This document shows, in pieces, positions 1-11,611 of a DNA stretch of 31,434 nt. The translations under genes were made by a program, and so were the position numbers. How positions within the stretch are numbered: the first letter of the stretch is position 1; the number at the start of each line of letters is the position of its first letter. The DNA is from Macrostomum lignano (lineage: Eukaryota): positions 1-31,434 of the forward strand of contig NIVC01004918.1 of assembly GCA_002269645.1 (NCBI GenBank). The letters are read 5' to 3'. The notes under the pieces are model-generated. The model was given only the letters and a program-made list of their open reading frames with translations. It did not search any database and was not told the DNA's origin.

Positions 1-1219
1 GTGAAGTGTTTGGTTGATGAATTGTCTGGTTGGTGAAGCTGATGAATTATTGTCTGTTGGTGAAGTGTCTGATGGTGAAGTGTCTGGTTGGTAAGTGTTT
101 GGCTGATGAATTATTGTCTGGTTGGTGAAGTGTCTGGTTGGTGAAGTGCTGGTTGGTGAAGTGTCTGGTTAGTGAAGTGTTTGGTTGGAAAAGTATCTGG
201 TTGGTGAAGTGTCTGGTTGGTGAAGTGTTTGGTTGGGGAAGTGTCTGGTTGGTGAAGTGTCTGGTTGGTGAAGTGCCTGGTTGGTGAAGTGTCTGGTTAG
301 TGAAGTGTTTGGTTGGAAAAGTATCTGGTTGGTGAAGTGTCTGGTTGGTGAAGTGTTTGGTTGGTGAAGTGTCTGGTTGGTGAATTGTCTGGTTGGTGAA
401 GTGTCTGTTGGTGAAGTGTCTGGTTGGTGAAGTGTCTGGTTGGTGAAGTGTCTGGTTGGGGAAGTGTCTGGTTGGGAAGTGTCTGGTTGGTGAATTGTCT
501 GGTTGGGGAAGTGTCTGGTTGGTGAAGTGTCTGGTTGGTGAAGTGTCTGGTTGGTGAAGTGTCTGGTTGGTGAAGTGTCTGGTTGGTGAAGTGTCTGGTT
601 GGGGAAGTGTCTGGTTGGTGAATTATCTGGTTGGTGAAGTGTCTGGTTGGTGAATTGTCTGGTTGGTGAAGTGTCTGGTTGGTGAAGTGTTTGGTTGGTG
701 AAGTGTCTGGTTGGTGAAGTGTTTGGTTGATGAATTGTCTGGTTGGTGAAGTGTCTGGTTGGAAGTGTCTGGTTGGGGAAGTGTCTGGTTGGTGAAGTGT
801 CTGGTTGGTGAAGTGTCTGGTTGGTGAAGTGTCTGGTTGGTGAAGTGTCTGGTTGGTGAAGTGTTGGTTGGGGAAGTGTCTGGTTGGTGAAGTGTCTGGT
901 TGGGGAAGTGTCTGGTTGGAAAAGTGTCTGGTTGGTGAAGTGTCTGGTTGGGGAAGTGTCTGGTTGGGGAAGTGTCTGGTTGGTGAAGTGTTTGGTTGGG
1001 GAAGTGTCTGGTTAGTGAAGTGTCTGGTTGGTGAAGTGTCTGGTTGGAAAGTGTCTGGTTGGTGAAGTGTCTGGTTGGTGAAGTGTCTGGTTGGTGAAGT
1101 GTCTGGTTGGGGAAGTGTCTGGTTGGTGAAGTGTTTGGTTGGGAAGTGTCTGGTTAGTGAAGTGTCTGGTTGGTGAAGTGTCTGGTTGGAAAAGTGTCTG
1201 GTTGGTGAAGTGTCTGGTT
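1..1219. repeat. 16-bp tandem satellite (GGTTGGTGAAGTGTCT)n, roughly 75 copies, running off the window start
   Basis: Unit read directly; variants GGGGAAG, GGAAAAG and TTAGTG recur. ORF translations repeat with a 16-aa (3x16 nt) period. Confidence 0.97.
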
Positions 1220-2889
1220 AAAGAAGTTTCATCCTGAGACTGAAATCGAAAAGCATTTACGACATAAATCGTCAATATGAACAGCAGCAAGTCAGGAATT
1301 GACTTCCCCTACAATAAAATTTCTGCTGGAGGAGTCTGCAATGTCAGAATATCTTACGCTGAAAGGAGAAGGGGTGCAGAAAACTCTCTCGGAAAGTGAT
1401 TATCGTCCAGGGTTTTGAGCGCGACTCTGTCCTGTCTGCCTGCCTGTCGGCCATCACATTGAAGATAACAGGAACTCCTACCGGAGAAAAATAAGTTTGA
1501 CTCAAATCTGAAGGACGACCCACTTAGGCTGCCGCACTGCTGATCTAATCAGTCTGAGAGCATCCTGGATGCAAATTGAATTGCTCGACTGAGACGCCAA
1601 CCGACTGGCAAACCAAGTCCACCCAGGGACAGAGTGCAGGGATACCAATTGCGGTACCTCGGGACGGGTCAGAGTACAAAACAAATTGACGCTTACTAGC
1701 TCATAGCTTGCACTGTTGTGAGAGACATTGGCGCCGTATAAATTTCATTGGAGCCTTCTTGGCCATGATGGACTTGGCTGATGGGCTCCTTTAAAATTTA
1801 ATAGCCGGCTCTTTAACTGCACACAGTTCGAATTCACGAGCGAGATAGTGCGTTGGGTAGATGACTGTTAATTGAGTTACCAAGAGACTTCAGTGAAAGT
1901 TGGGAAAAATCTTGGAAGAGGTTGGCGAGAGAGAAGATGTTGGTGGTTGCGTCGAATTTCAAAGAGATGAAAAGCATGAAGATGCAACAGACAGAACAGT
2001 GGCAGCAGTGTTGATTGGCACCGGAACCCCTGCCGATCATAGCTATATTTCAAACTGTCAAATACTCGTAAAAGACAAATTTCAGGTGCGGATTTTATGA
2101 CGGCGGCAAAACTGATAATAGAGAGCGTCATAAAAAGGCGCCGGTTGTTACCCCAACCCACCCCATCCAACCGTTTTTTTACGCTTCGCAGATGGCTGCA
2201 AGGCCCCTGGATGTGCGCAGAATCCCCGACCCAGGCCCCCGTCCCGCCTCCAGTCAACATCATAATGCAGCTCCGCAGCCCACCTATGGCGAAAATTGGA
2301 TCGGAGAGAAATCAATATATTTATATATAGACACTTCTTACTTATTTGACGGCATCAAATGAGAGTTGAACGACTAGCTGCCATGGCACCCACCGAGCAG
2401 CATGTCGCCTCCTTATAGCTATAGCTTTAGCGGCTATATTTTATTCATAGCAAAAGTCTGGATTCAATACTATAATCCAGACAGGCTGGTAGACGCAGCA
2501 AAAATCGAGGCAGCAGCGAGCGGGTGAGCGGGACAGGCGCTTTTCTTTTTTTTAAAAAAGCTCGAATGCACCAAAACAAAGTGCTGATGCAGGCAATTGA
2601 AGCCGCGCTCTGCACAGGCCGGAATAGTAAACACAGAAACAGTAAGTGCGTCTATTGTGACTCATGCAAAGCCGAAAACGACAGACGCCAGCAAAGTTGC
2701 CAGACTAGTAATTCGCGGCCAAGTTCATTTGGTATTGGGATTTAAAACTGGTAGCCATTGGGGCTGCTAGTCTTTTGTGAGGCTAACCCTTCCCCTAATT
2801 CTCTAGATGATTTTGGAAGACGTTGCTTGACAATGCAGCAATCAAAACATTCATTCCGTTTGACTCCAGCCACTCCGACTTCTAATAAC

Positions 2890-3625
2890 CCCCAATTAAG
2901 AATACGGTGCTTGACACTCCAGCCACCCCAACCCCCAATTAAGAATACGGTGCTTGACACTCCAGCCACCCCAACCCCCAATTAAGAATACGGTGCTTGA
3001 CACTCCAGCCACCCAACCCCGATTAAGAATACGGTGCTTGACACTCCAGCCACCCCAACCTCCAATTAAGAATACGGTGCTTGACACTCCAGCCACCCCA
3101 ACCTCCAATTAAGAATACGGTGCTTGACACTCCAGCCACCCCAACCTCCAATTAAGAATACGGTGCTTGACACTCCAGCCACCCCAACCTCCAATTAAGA
3201 ATACGGTGCTTGACACTCCAGCCACCCCAACCTCCAATTAAGAATACGGTGCTTGACACTCCAGCCACCCCAACCCCGATTAAGAATACGGTGCTTGACA
3301 CTCCAGCCACCCCAACCTCCAATTAAGAATACGGTGCTTGACACTCCAGCCACCCCAACCCCGATTAAGAATACGGTGCTTGACACTCCAGCCACCCCAA
3401 CCTCCAATTAAGAATACGGTGCTTGACACTCCAGCCACCCCAACCCCCGATTAAGAATACGGTGCTTGACACTCCAGCCCGCCCAACCCCCGATTAAGAA
3501 TACGGTGCTTGACACTCCAGCCACCCCAACCCCCAATTAAGAATACGGTGCTTGACACTCCAGCCACCCCAACCCCCAATTAAAAATACGATGCTTGACA
3601 CTCTAGCCACCCCTAAACCTCCATT
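2890..3625. repeat. 43-bp minisatellite (TTAAGAATACGGTGCTTGACACTCCAGCCACCCCAACC[T/C]CCAA), about 17 copies
   Basis: TTAAG anchors at 2896, 2939, 2982, 3023, 3066 and onward to ~3580 (41-43 bp spacing). Head-to-tail with no unique spacers. Confidence 0.97.
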
Positions 3626-5792
3626 TGACATGACTCCAGCCACTGACGCCACATCTTGCGGGGGCAGCGCAGTGCTCTAATTTTAGTCCAGTTGGAACGA
3701 AAATCCGATTAAAATAATTTGTGTTTACATCGCAGCAGAAAAATGTGCCCGCTAAGCTTGCACTTTAAATTTGGTTGAGAAGGCTAGGACGAGAGACAAA
3801 TTGCCCAGGGATTATTCAAATTTTTGATGTAGCAAAGTGCCACAGCACTGAATGGCCTTTAATATAATCGCATGGGCCGTTTTGTGTGGCTAGGGCGAAA
3901 ATTTATTCAGAAAAACCGGCCAGACAGACTGAAAAATCTCTAAACCCAGCCCCTAAAGCGTGGGCGTTAGCGACCACGGTAATTCGAGTATTGGATGGAC
4001 GCGCTGGTGCTTTTTATTCTTCAGCTCGAACCGGCTCAAACGGGTTGTGTTGTTTTAACGCGATCAATTTTTATTCTGTAGAGATGGAGCAGACTGCATG
4101 GCGCCCCGGGCCATAATTAATAATTGATGATCGGTTGCTGTTGCTGTTGCCGCTCAGGCGTTTTTCCGCTTCAAGGGATTTCTGCCCCGGCGGGAGCAAA
4201 AAAGAATAGGCAGCGCACGTACTCCACTTAGCTCGGGTTATCAACCAGTTCGAGTCGGAGATTACTGTACAGGTAATAAGGCTGCGGACGAATTCCTAAA
4301 TTGGAGAAGGAACTGGCGTTCCTTCGAACACTCTGCATCCGGGTAGGAGGATTTAAGCAGCTTGTCTGCGCGTGGGCGAAGAATTAATTGGTTGAATAGT
4401 GAGGAAAATGGAGCTTCTTATCGGTCTCCATCTCTCCTCTCCTCTCTGCTGTTTCAACTCGAGTATTAATAGAAGCGTTTATTAAGTGCAATTATTTGTG
4501 TCGAACTGTGGCAAAGCAAAGACAAATCTGAAAAATTAGACACTGAATTTTATATTTTTTTCAACAATGATGTCTGTCTATAATGATTGATGTCGTTGTC
4601 GGTTATTGCATGGCAACACGAATGCCATGCCATGTGGTTATCAATAAACTGATTGGGAAAATATTGGGACCCCCTGGATCCTCGATCCAGTTAGTTTAAG
4701 CTACTGCTTGATATATTTTTAAGCTATATAACTTATAAAAGGTGAACGATTTTTTCCTGTTAACTGGGGACCCCATTGACCCCCATCCCCTGGATTGGGC
4801 AAGTGTATGAAACCGATTAATTTGGGAAACGGAGAAAATATGCTTTATAATGGGGCAGATATGGAGAATTTTCTGAGACCCTGGGAGTTTGAATTGGTTG
4901 CAGTAAGGCATCGGGAAATTAATAAGAGGAAGAGGGAATTTCTGACAGGACTCGACCCGAATATTTACCTGTTGGCTGCAGTTGGCATTTTGAGTAAAGA
5001 GTCTCTGCTTCTGACTTTCGATGCCTGTCCGCCGCTTCTAATTGATTCGGACAAACACCGGCCACGGCTCGGGGTCGGGGGGGGGGGGTCGGAGAGGGGC
5101 GGGGCTGCCAGACTCCCCAAATTTGGCTCGGCGCGGTCCTAACTTGGAAAGAGAATGATTTTTGTACCTGTTCAGTCAGAGCTGAAACTTATCAGCCAAG
5201 CCTGGCCGGGACAGGCTCGGCCCGCCCACACACGCACACCCGCCATCTACAAGCGGCAGTTACTCCTTACAGCGCTTTGCATATGCTTAATTGCTGGCCC
5301 CAGTAAATTATGCAACACCGGCTGAATTAATGTACATAGCCTTCTCCTGCCCCCTACCTCTGTGCCTCTCCATAGAATTCTGATCTGACCCGAGTCAGTT
5401 CTGCAGCTCTCCGCTGTCTGTTCTCTTTGATCTGCTGTCAGCTCGCCGTGTGCGAACACTTGCTAGAATTGAAATGCTGATTGAATGCTAATTACTGTGG
5501 AGAAAAAGATTGACGCGAAAAAATACGCAGAGAAAAATAGAAAGTCAATCTGTGTATGATAGATAAAGTCCAGAACGACTACCTTGTACTAGATTAAAGC
5601 TATCAAGCTAAAACTATTATTTTTCTTTAGGTAATGGGGGACTTTGTTTGATAAATTTGAAGTCATTTACGAATTTTAACTTGCTACTCATAAGGTTCTT
5701 AGTAGCATAATGCAAAAATTGAAATTAAAATACATATAGTCCGTCACAGAGGTCATTTTTTAAGCTTTCATCTTGCTAGCCTGACAAATTCC

Positions 5793-6378
5793 CCATTCTG
5801 CTGGCCCGTCAACCCCTCATTCTGCTGGCCCGTCAACCCCTCATTCTGCTGGCCAGTCAACCCCTCATTCTGCTCGCCAGTCAACCCCTCATTCTGCTGG
5901 CCAGTCAACCCCTCATTCTGCTGGCCAGTCAACCCCTCATTCTGCTCGCCAGTCAACCCCTCATTCTGCTGGCCAGTCAACCCCTCATTCTGCTGGCCCG
6001 TCAACCCCTCATTCTGCTGGCCAGTCAACCCCTCATTCTGCTGGCCCGTCAACCCCTCATTCTGCTGGCCAGTCAACCCCTCATTCTGCTGGCCAGTCAA
6101 CCCCTCATTCTTCTGGCCCGTCAACCCCTCATTCTGCTGGCCCGTCAACCCCTCATTCTGCTGGTCCGTCAACCCCTCATTCTGCTGGCCCGTCAACCCC
6201 TCATTCTGCTGGCCCGTCAACCCCTCATTCTGCTGGCCAGTCAACCCCTCATTCTGCTGGCCCGTCAACCCCTCATTCTGCTGGCCCGTCAACCCCTCAT
6301 TCTGCTGGCCCGTCAACCCCTCATTCTGCTAGCCCGTCACCTCCCCATTCTTCTGGCTCGCCAACCCCCCATTTTGCT
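5793..6378. repeat. 24-bp minisatellite (TCATTCTGCTGGCC[C/A]GTCAACCCC), about 24 copies
   Basis: Unit read directly; gives the LTGQQNEG repeat ORF on the minus strand. Confidence 0.97.
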
Positions 6379-6459
6379 GGCTCTCTGTCTCTGAATCTCT
6401 AAATTAAATTATTTGACTGCAACACTTATTTACAAAATATATTCCCTCAAAAATTGCAG

Positions 6460-6641
6460 TTTAGAGCAGCTGTCGATTCTGTCGGACCAAGAGGAGACTC
6501 CAGCGATTCTGTTTGCCACAGTGACGCCCTGCCTGAGCTCAGTGTCAATCAAATTCACCCAAGGCTTAATGGGAACTGGTGGCAAAATTTCGCCAATTAA
6601 TAGTACCCTGATTAACAATCACTTGTTGATGTCGAGTTCAG
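6460..6641 (+). CDS. Exon A (first recognisable) of an orphan ~790-aa gene
   Basis: Acceptor TTGCAG|6460 and donor TCAG|GTAAGC (6642). Open frame LEQLSILSDQEE...LLMSSS. Its phase-1 end matches the phase-1 start of the exon at 9332. Confidence 0.6.
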
Positions 6642-6739
6642 GTAAGCTATTAAAATTCTAATCGAATACTTTTGTTAATAGTATCGGATAATCCATAATA
6701 AGGCATAAAATAGTAGCTACACCAGGAGTTGGCGAGGAA

Positions 6740-9080
6740 ATAATATAGGAGACGAGAGGAGAGGAAAAACGAGAGGAAAGAGGAGAGAAGAGAGAAGGGA
6801 GAGGAGAGAGGAGAGAAGAGAGAAAGGAGAGGAGAGAAAGAGAAGAGAGAAGGGAGAGGAGAGAAGAGAAAAGGGAGAGGGAGAGGAGAGAAGAGAGAAG
6901 GGAGAGGGAGAGAGGAGAGAAGAGAGAAGGGAGAGGAGAGAAAAGAGAAGAGAGAAGGGAGAGGAGAGAAGAGAAAAGGGAGAGGAGAGAAGAGAAAAGA
7001 GAAAAGGGAGAGGAGAGAAGAGAAAAGAGAGAAGGGAGAGGAGAGAAGAGAGAAGGGAGAAGGGAGAGGAGAGAAGAGAGAAGAGAGAAGGGAGAGGAGA
7101 GAAGAGAGAAGGGAGAGGAGAGAAGAGAAAAGAGAGAAGGGAGAGGAGAGAAGAGAGAAGGGAGAGGAGAGAAGAGAGAAGGGAGAGGGAGAGAGGAGAG
7201 AAGGGAGAGGGAGAGAGGAGAGAAGAGAGAAGGGAGAGGAGAGAACAGAGAAGGGAGAGGAGAGAAGAGAAAAGAGAGAAGGGAGAGGAGAGAAGAGAAA
7301 AGAGAGAAGGGAGAGGAGAGAAGAGAGAAGGGAGAGGAGAGAACAGAGAAGGGAGAGGAGAGAAGGAGAGAGGAGAGAAGAGAGAAGGGAGAGGAGAGAA
7401 GAGAGAAGGGAGAGGAGAGAAGAGAAAAGAGAGAAGGGAGAGGAGAGAAGAGAGAAGAGAGAAGGGAGAGGAGAGAAGAGAAAAGGGAGAGGAGAGAAGA
7501 GAAAAGAGAAAAGGGAGAGGAGAGAAGAGAAAAGAGAAGGGAGAGGAGAGAAGAGAGAAGGGAGAAGGGAGAGGAGAGAAGAGAGAAGAGAGAAGGGAGA
7601 GGAGAGAAGAGAGAAGGGAGAGGAGAGAAGAGAAAAGAGAGAAGGGAGAGGAGAGAAGAGAGAAGGGAGAGGAGAGAACAGAGAAGGGAGAGGAGAGAAG
7701 GAGAGAGGAGAGAAGAGAGAAGGGAGAGGAGAGAAGAGAGAAGGGAGAGGAGAGAAGAGAAAAGAGAGAAGGGAGAGGAGAGAAGAGAGAAGGGAGAAGG
7801 GAGAGGAGAGAAGAGAAAAGAGAGAAGGAGAGAGGAGAGAAGAGAGAAGGGAGAGGAGAGAAGAGAGAAGGGAGAGGAGAGAAGAGAAAAGAGAGAAGGG
7901 ACAGGAGAGAAGAGAGAAGGGAGAAGGGAGAGGAGAGAAGAGAAAAGAGAGAAGGAGAGAGGAGAGAAGAGAGAAGGGAGAGGAGAGAAGAGAGAAGAGA
8001 GAAGGGAGAGGAGAGAAGAGAGAAGAGAGAAGGGAGAGGAGAGAAGAGAAAAGGGAGAGGAGAGAAGAGAGAAGGGAGAGGAGAGAAGAGAGAAGGGAGA
8101 GGGAGAGAGGAGAGAAGGGAGAGGGAGAGAGGAGAGAAGAGAGAAGGGAGAGGAGAGAACAGAGAAGGGAGAGGAGAGAAGAGAAAAGAGAGAAGGGAGA
8201 GGAGAGAAGAGAGAAGGGAGAGGAGAGAAGAGAGAAGGGAGAGGGAGAGAGGAGAGAAGGGAGAGGGAGAGAGGAGAGAAGAGAGAAGGGAGAGGAGAGA
8301 ACAGAGAAGGGAGAGGAGAGAAGAGAAAAGAGAGAAGGGAGAGGAGAGAAGAGAGAAGGGAGAGGAGAGAACAGAGAAGGGAGAGGAGAGAAGGAGAGAG
8401 GAGAGAAGAGAGAAGGGAGAGGAGAGAAGAGAGAAGGGAGAGGAGAGAAGAGAAAAGAGAGAAGGGAGAGGAGAGAAGAGAGAAGGGAGAAGGGAGAGGA
8501 GAGAAGAGAAAAGAGAGAAGGAGAGAGGAGAGAAGAGAGAAGGGAGAGGAGAGAAGAGAGAAGGGAGAGGAGAGAAGAGAAAAGAGAGAAGGGAGAGGAG
8601 AGAAGAGAGAAGGGAGAAGGGAGAGGAGAGAAGAGAAAAGAGAGAAGGAGAGAGGAGAGAAGAGAGAAGGGAGAGGAGAGAAGAGAGAAGAGAGAAGGGA
8701 GAGGAGAGAAGAGAGAAGAGAGAAGGGAGAGGAGAGAAGAGAAAAGGGAGAGGAGAGAAGAGAGAAGAGAGGAGAGAAGAGAAAAGGAGAGGAGAGAAGA
8801 GAGAAGGGAGAGAGAAGAGAGAAGGGAGAGAGAGAGGAGAGAAGAGAGAAGGGAGGAGAGAAGAGAAAAGAGAGAAGAGAGGAGAGAAGAGAAAAGAGAG
8901 AAGGGAGAGGAGAGAAGAGAGAAGGGAGAAGGGAGAGGAGAGAAGAGAGAAGAGAGAAGGGAGAGGAGAGAAGAGATAAGGGAGAGGAGAGAAGAGATAA
9001 GGGAGTGGAGAGAGGAGAAGAGAGGGGAGAGGAAAAGAGAGATGAGATCAGAGAAGAGAGAGACGAAAGAAGAGAGCTGA
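6740..9080. repeat. ~2.3-kb homopurine (GA) tract, ~21-bp core GAGAGGAGAGAAGAGAGAAGG, intronic
   Basis: Almost exclusively A/G on the + strand, with only scattered C/T. The 813-aa S/L/F/P minus-strand ORF is its by-product. Confidence 0.97.
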
Positions 9081-9152
9081 GAAGACACCAACGTTAAGCT
9101 TGGCCGGATTGCTATAGCGAAGTTTCAAAGGACCCGAGGGCGGGACAGAGAG

Positions 9153-9200
9153 GTTTCGCGGGCCGCATGTGGCCCGTGGACCGGAGGTTGGCAACCACTG
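9153..9200 (-). mobile_element. Solo terminal inverted repeat of a hAT (Charlie/Buster-like) element or MITE
   Basis: Reverse complement reads CAGTGGTTGCCAACCTCCGGTCCACGGGCCACATGCGGCCCGCG, the typical hAT-Charlie/Buster end. The flank AACTAGAC has the central TA typical of their 8-bp target sites. No partner end seen. Confidence 0.6.
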
Positions 9201-9331
9201 AACTAGACAGTAGTCCGAGTAGTTTTTATTCTAATCCATACTCCATCGCTGACGATGAACGCTTTCCATTGTTAATGCCAAATATTCCCAAACAAAATCA
9301 ATACTCGAATCCCCAATGTCGACATCCGCAG

Positions 9332-9892
9332 ACCTGACCAGCTATGATCGAGAACAGCTCACTCTCAACCGGAGTATCACCTACAAGCTGATAACCGCAG
9401 GCACCAACAGCCTGCAGCTCCGGCTCAAGCGTCTCTACCAACAGGGCTCAACGAGTGCCAGCAAAGTGCTCATAAAACTGTCCACCTTTTATCCCGGAGT
9501 CGAGCTGGGCTCCGGCAAGTACAAGCTGCACATCTGCGCAGCCAATTCGAGCCGGCCGCATCTGGTCCGAGTGAAAATGAGTCATGTGTTATCAATCGAC
9601 TCGCGCCACGAGTCGGCCTACTCGATCTGCGTTGTCATCAACACGGTTGGGCCGCTGTACGAGTTCTGCGACGCCCAGATCAGTCTGGGCGGCGACCAGC
9701 TGCCGTTTCAACGCTCCACACTATTCGATGGGTTGAGCAGTTCGACCAGGCTGCCTAATGGGACTCACGCCTTTACCTGCGTGAACTACTCCAGCCTGTG
9801 GAGGAGCTACCCCACTGTTGACATCTCTCAACTGCTGCTTCGGAATCCGCAAAAGCTCTACGTGAATGCTTATATAATGAAATCTGACGATG
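9332..9892 (+). CDS. Exon B of the orphan gene (alternatively starts at ATG 9316)
   Basis: Acceptor CCGCAG|9332 and donor GATG|GTGAGT (9893). 186 uninterrupted non-repetitive codons; phase 1 to phase 1. Confidence 0.85.
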
Positions 9893-9950
9893 GTGAGTGC
9901 TTTTGGTTCTCTCTCTCAAACTGCTCATCGATTTCTGGTCATGGATTTCT

Positions 9951-10520
9951 GATCCCGATCCCAGATCCCCGATCCCAGATCCCCGATCCCCGATCCCAGA
10001 TCCCCGATCCCCGATCCCAGATCCCCGATCCCCGATCCCCGATCCCCGATCCCCGATCCCCGATCCCCGATCCCCGATCCCCGATCCCCGATCCCCGATC
10101 CCAGATCCTCGATCCCAGATCCCCGATCCCCGATCCCCGATCCCCGATCCCCGATCCCAGATCCCCGATCCCAGATCCTCGATCCCAGATCCCCGATCCC
10201 CGATCCCAGATCCCCGATCCCCGATCCCCGATCCCCGATCCCCGATCCCGATCCCGATCCCAGATCCCCGATCCCCGATCCTAGATCCCCGATCCCAGAT
10301 CCCCGATCCCCGATCCCAGATCCCCGATCCCAGATCCCCGATCCCAGATCCCCGATCCCAGATCCCCGATCCCAGATCCCCGATCCCAGATCCCCGATCC
10401 CAGATCTCCGATCCCAGATCCCCGATCCCAGATCCCCGATCCCAGATCCCCGATCCCAGATCCCCGATCCCAGATCGCCGATCCCAGATGATTCCAGATC
10501 CATGATTCATGGTCTCCGAT
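9951..10520. repeat. 7-bp tandem repeat (ATCCCCG/ATCCCAG)n, about 80 copies, degenerating to ~10620, intronic
   Basis: Unit read directly; gives IPDPRSQ / GSGIGDR repeat ORFs. Confidence 0.97.
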
Positions 10521-10649
10521 CCCAACTAGGATTCAGGAATATTCGATTCCAGATTTCAAGCTCAGGTCTCAGATCCAAAAACTTCCAGCAGGTCGGATAT
10601 TCCCCAGATCCTAGATAAGGCTATCCAATATCCAAATGAATGATTCCAG

Positions 10650-11147
10650 ACGGCCAGGCGGACGCCACAGCCTGGGAGACGCTGGTGTACTATCGCACGG
10701 ATCCTCAAAAGGGCAGCATAATGAACATAGTCAACTGCGACAGCCAGTTCACAGGCGAAGGCGAAGTCGCCCTCTCGTCTAACGCAGAATCCCAGCCGAC
10801 GGGCTCCTACTCGGCGGAGTTCACCCTGCAGCTGCCGCCGAACGCTTCGCTGCTGGTGCGGCCAACGAGGCTGGACCTTCTGGCGCCGATGCTGACAGCG
10901 GAGCTGACGCCCTACAGCGGCCAGTCAATGTCGATGGAGCGGCTGGCCAATAAGCTGAACTGCTCAGGCGGCGACGAGATTTGGGCCTACGGCGGAGTCA
11001 TCTGCGGCGGGGCCGGCCGCCACATCTGCGTGTCTGGCGACGCTGACGCCTGCCGCTACGACACGTTTCGGGTGCGGCTGCTGGTGCAGCGAAAACTGCT
11101 GAATGGAAGCCGGAGAGCTCATAGCTATGAGGGTTTGGACAGCTGGG
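10650..11147 (+). CDS. Exon C of the orphan gene
   Basis: Acceptor TTCCAG|10650 and donor TGGG|GTGAGT (11148). 498 nt, phase 1 to 1; [14 protein letters not shown]...YEGLDSW with a Cys cluster. Confidence 0.85.
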
Positions 11148-11180
11148 GTGAGTGTGCGGATGGACACTAAGATGGACACT

Positions 11181-11204
11181 AGACAAACAGACAGACAGAC
11201 AGAC

Positions 11205-11273
<69 letters not shown>

Positions 11274-11274
11274 C

Positions 11275-11365
<91 letters not shown>

Positions 11366-11390
11366 GAGACAGACAGACAGACAAACAGAC

Positions 11391-11429
<39 letters not shown>

Positions 11430-11436
11430 GAGACAA

Positions 11437-11511
<75 letters not shown>

Positions 11512-11514
11512 GTC

Positions 11515-11611
<97 letters not shown>

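Noticed and set aside
853-1290. ORFs within the 16-bp satellite
   Set aside because: Periodic translation of the repeat, with no independent coding signal.
1358-2029. Three exon-like minus-strand segments (2029-1881, 1788-1697, 1477-1358) with faint resemblance to amino-acid transporter motifs
   Set aside because: The splice signals look plausible, but every phase-consistent chaining I tried hits a stop, and the protein similarity is too vague to support.
2890-3625. CRISPR-like regular 43-bp repeats
   Set aside because: Units are head-to-tail with no unique spacers, there are no cas genes, and the context is eukaryotic.
4090-4272. Possible signal-peptide exon for the orphan gene (LLLLLPL stretch, donor ACAG|GTAATA)
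   Set aside because: In-frame stops separate the ATG, the hydrophobic stretch and the donor, so no consistent model could be built.
6650-9091. 813-aa S/L/F/P ORF on the minus strand
   Set aside because: A polypyrimidine strand cannot contain stop codons. It lies antisense within an intron of a phase-consistent gene.
9773-10525. IPDPRSQ / GSGIGDR repeat ORFs, including the run-on of ORF 9316-10284
   Set aside because: Translations of the 7-mer array. The real exon ends at the GTGAGT donor at 9893.
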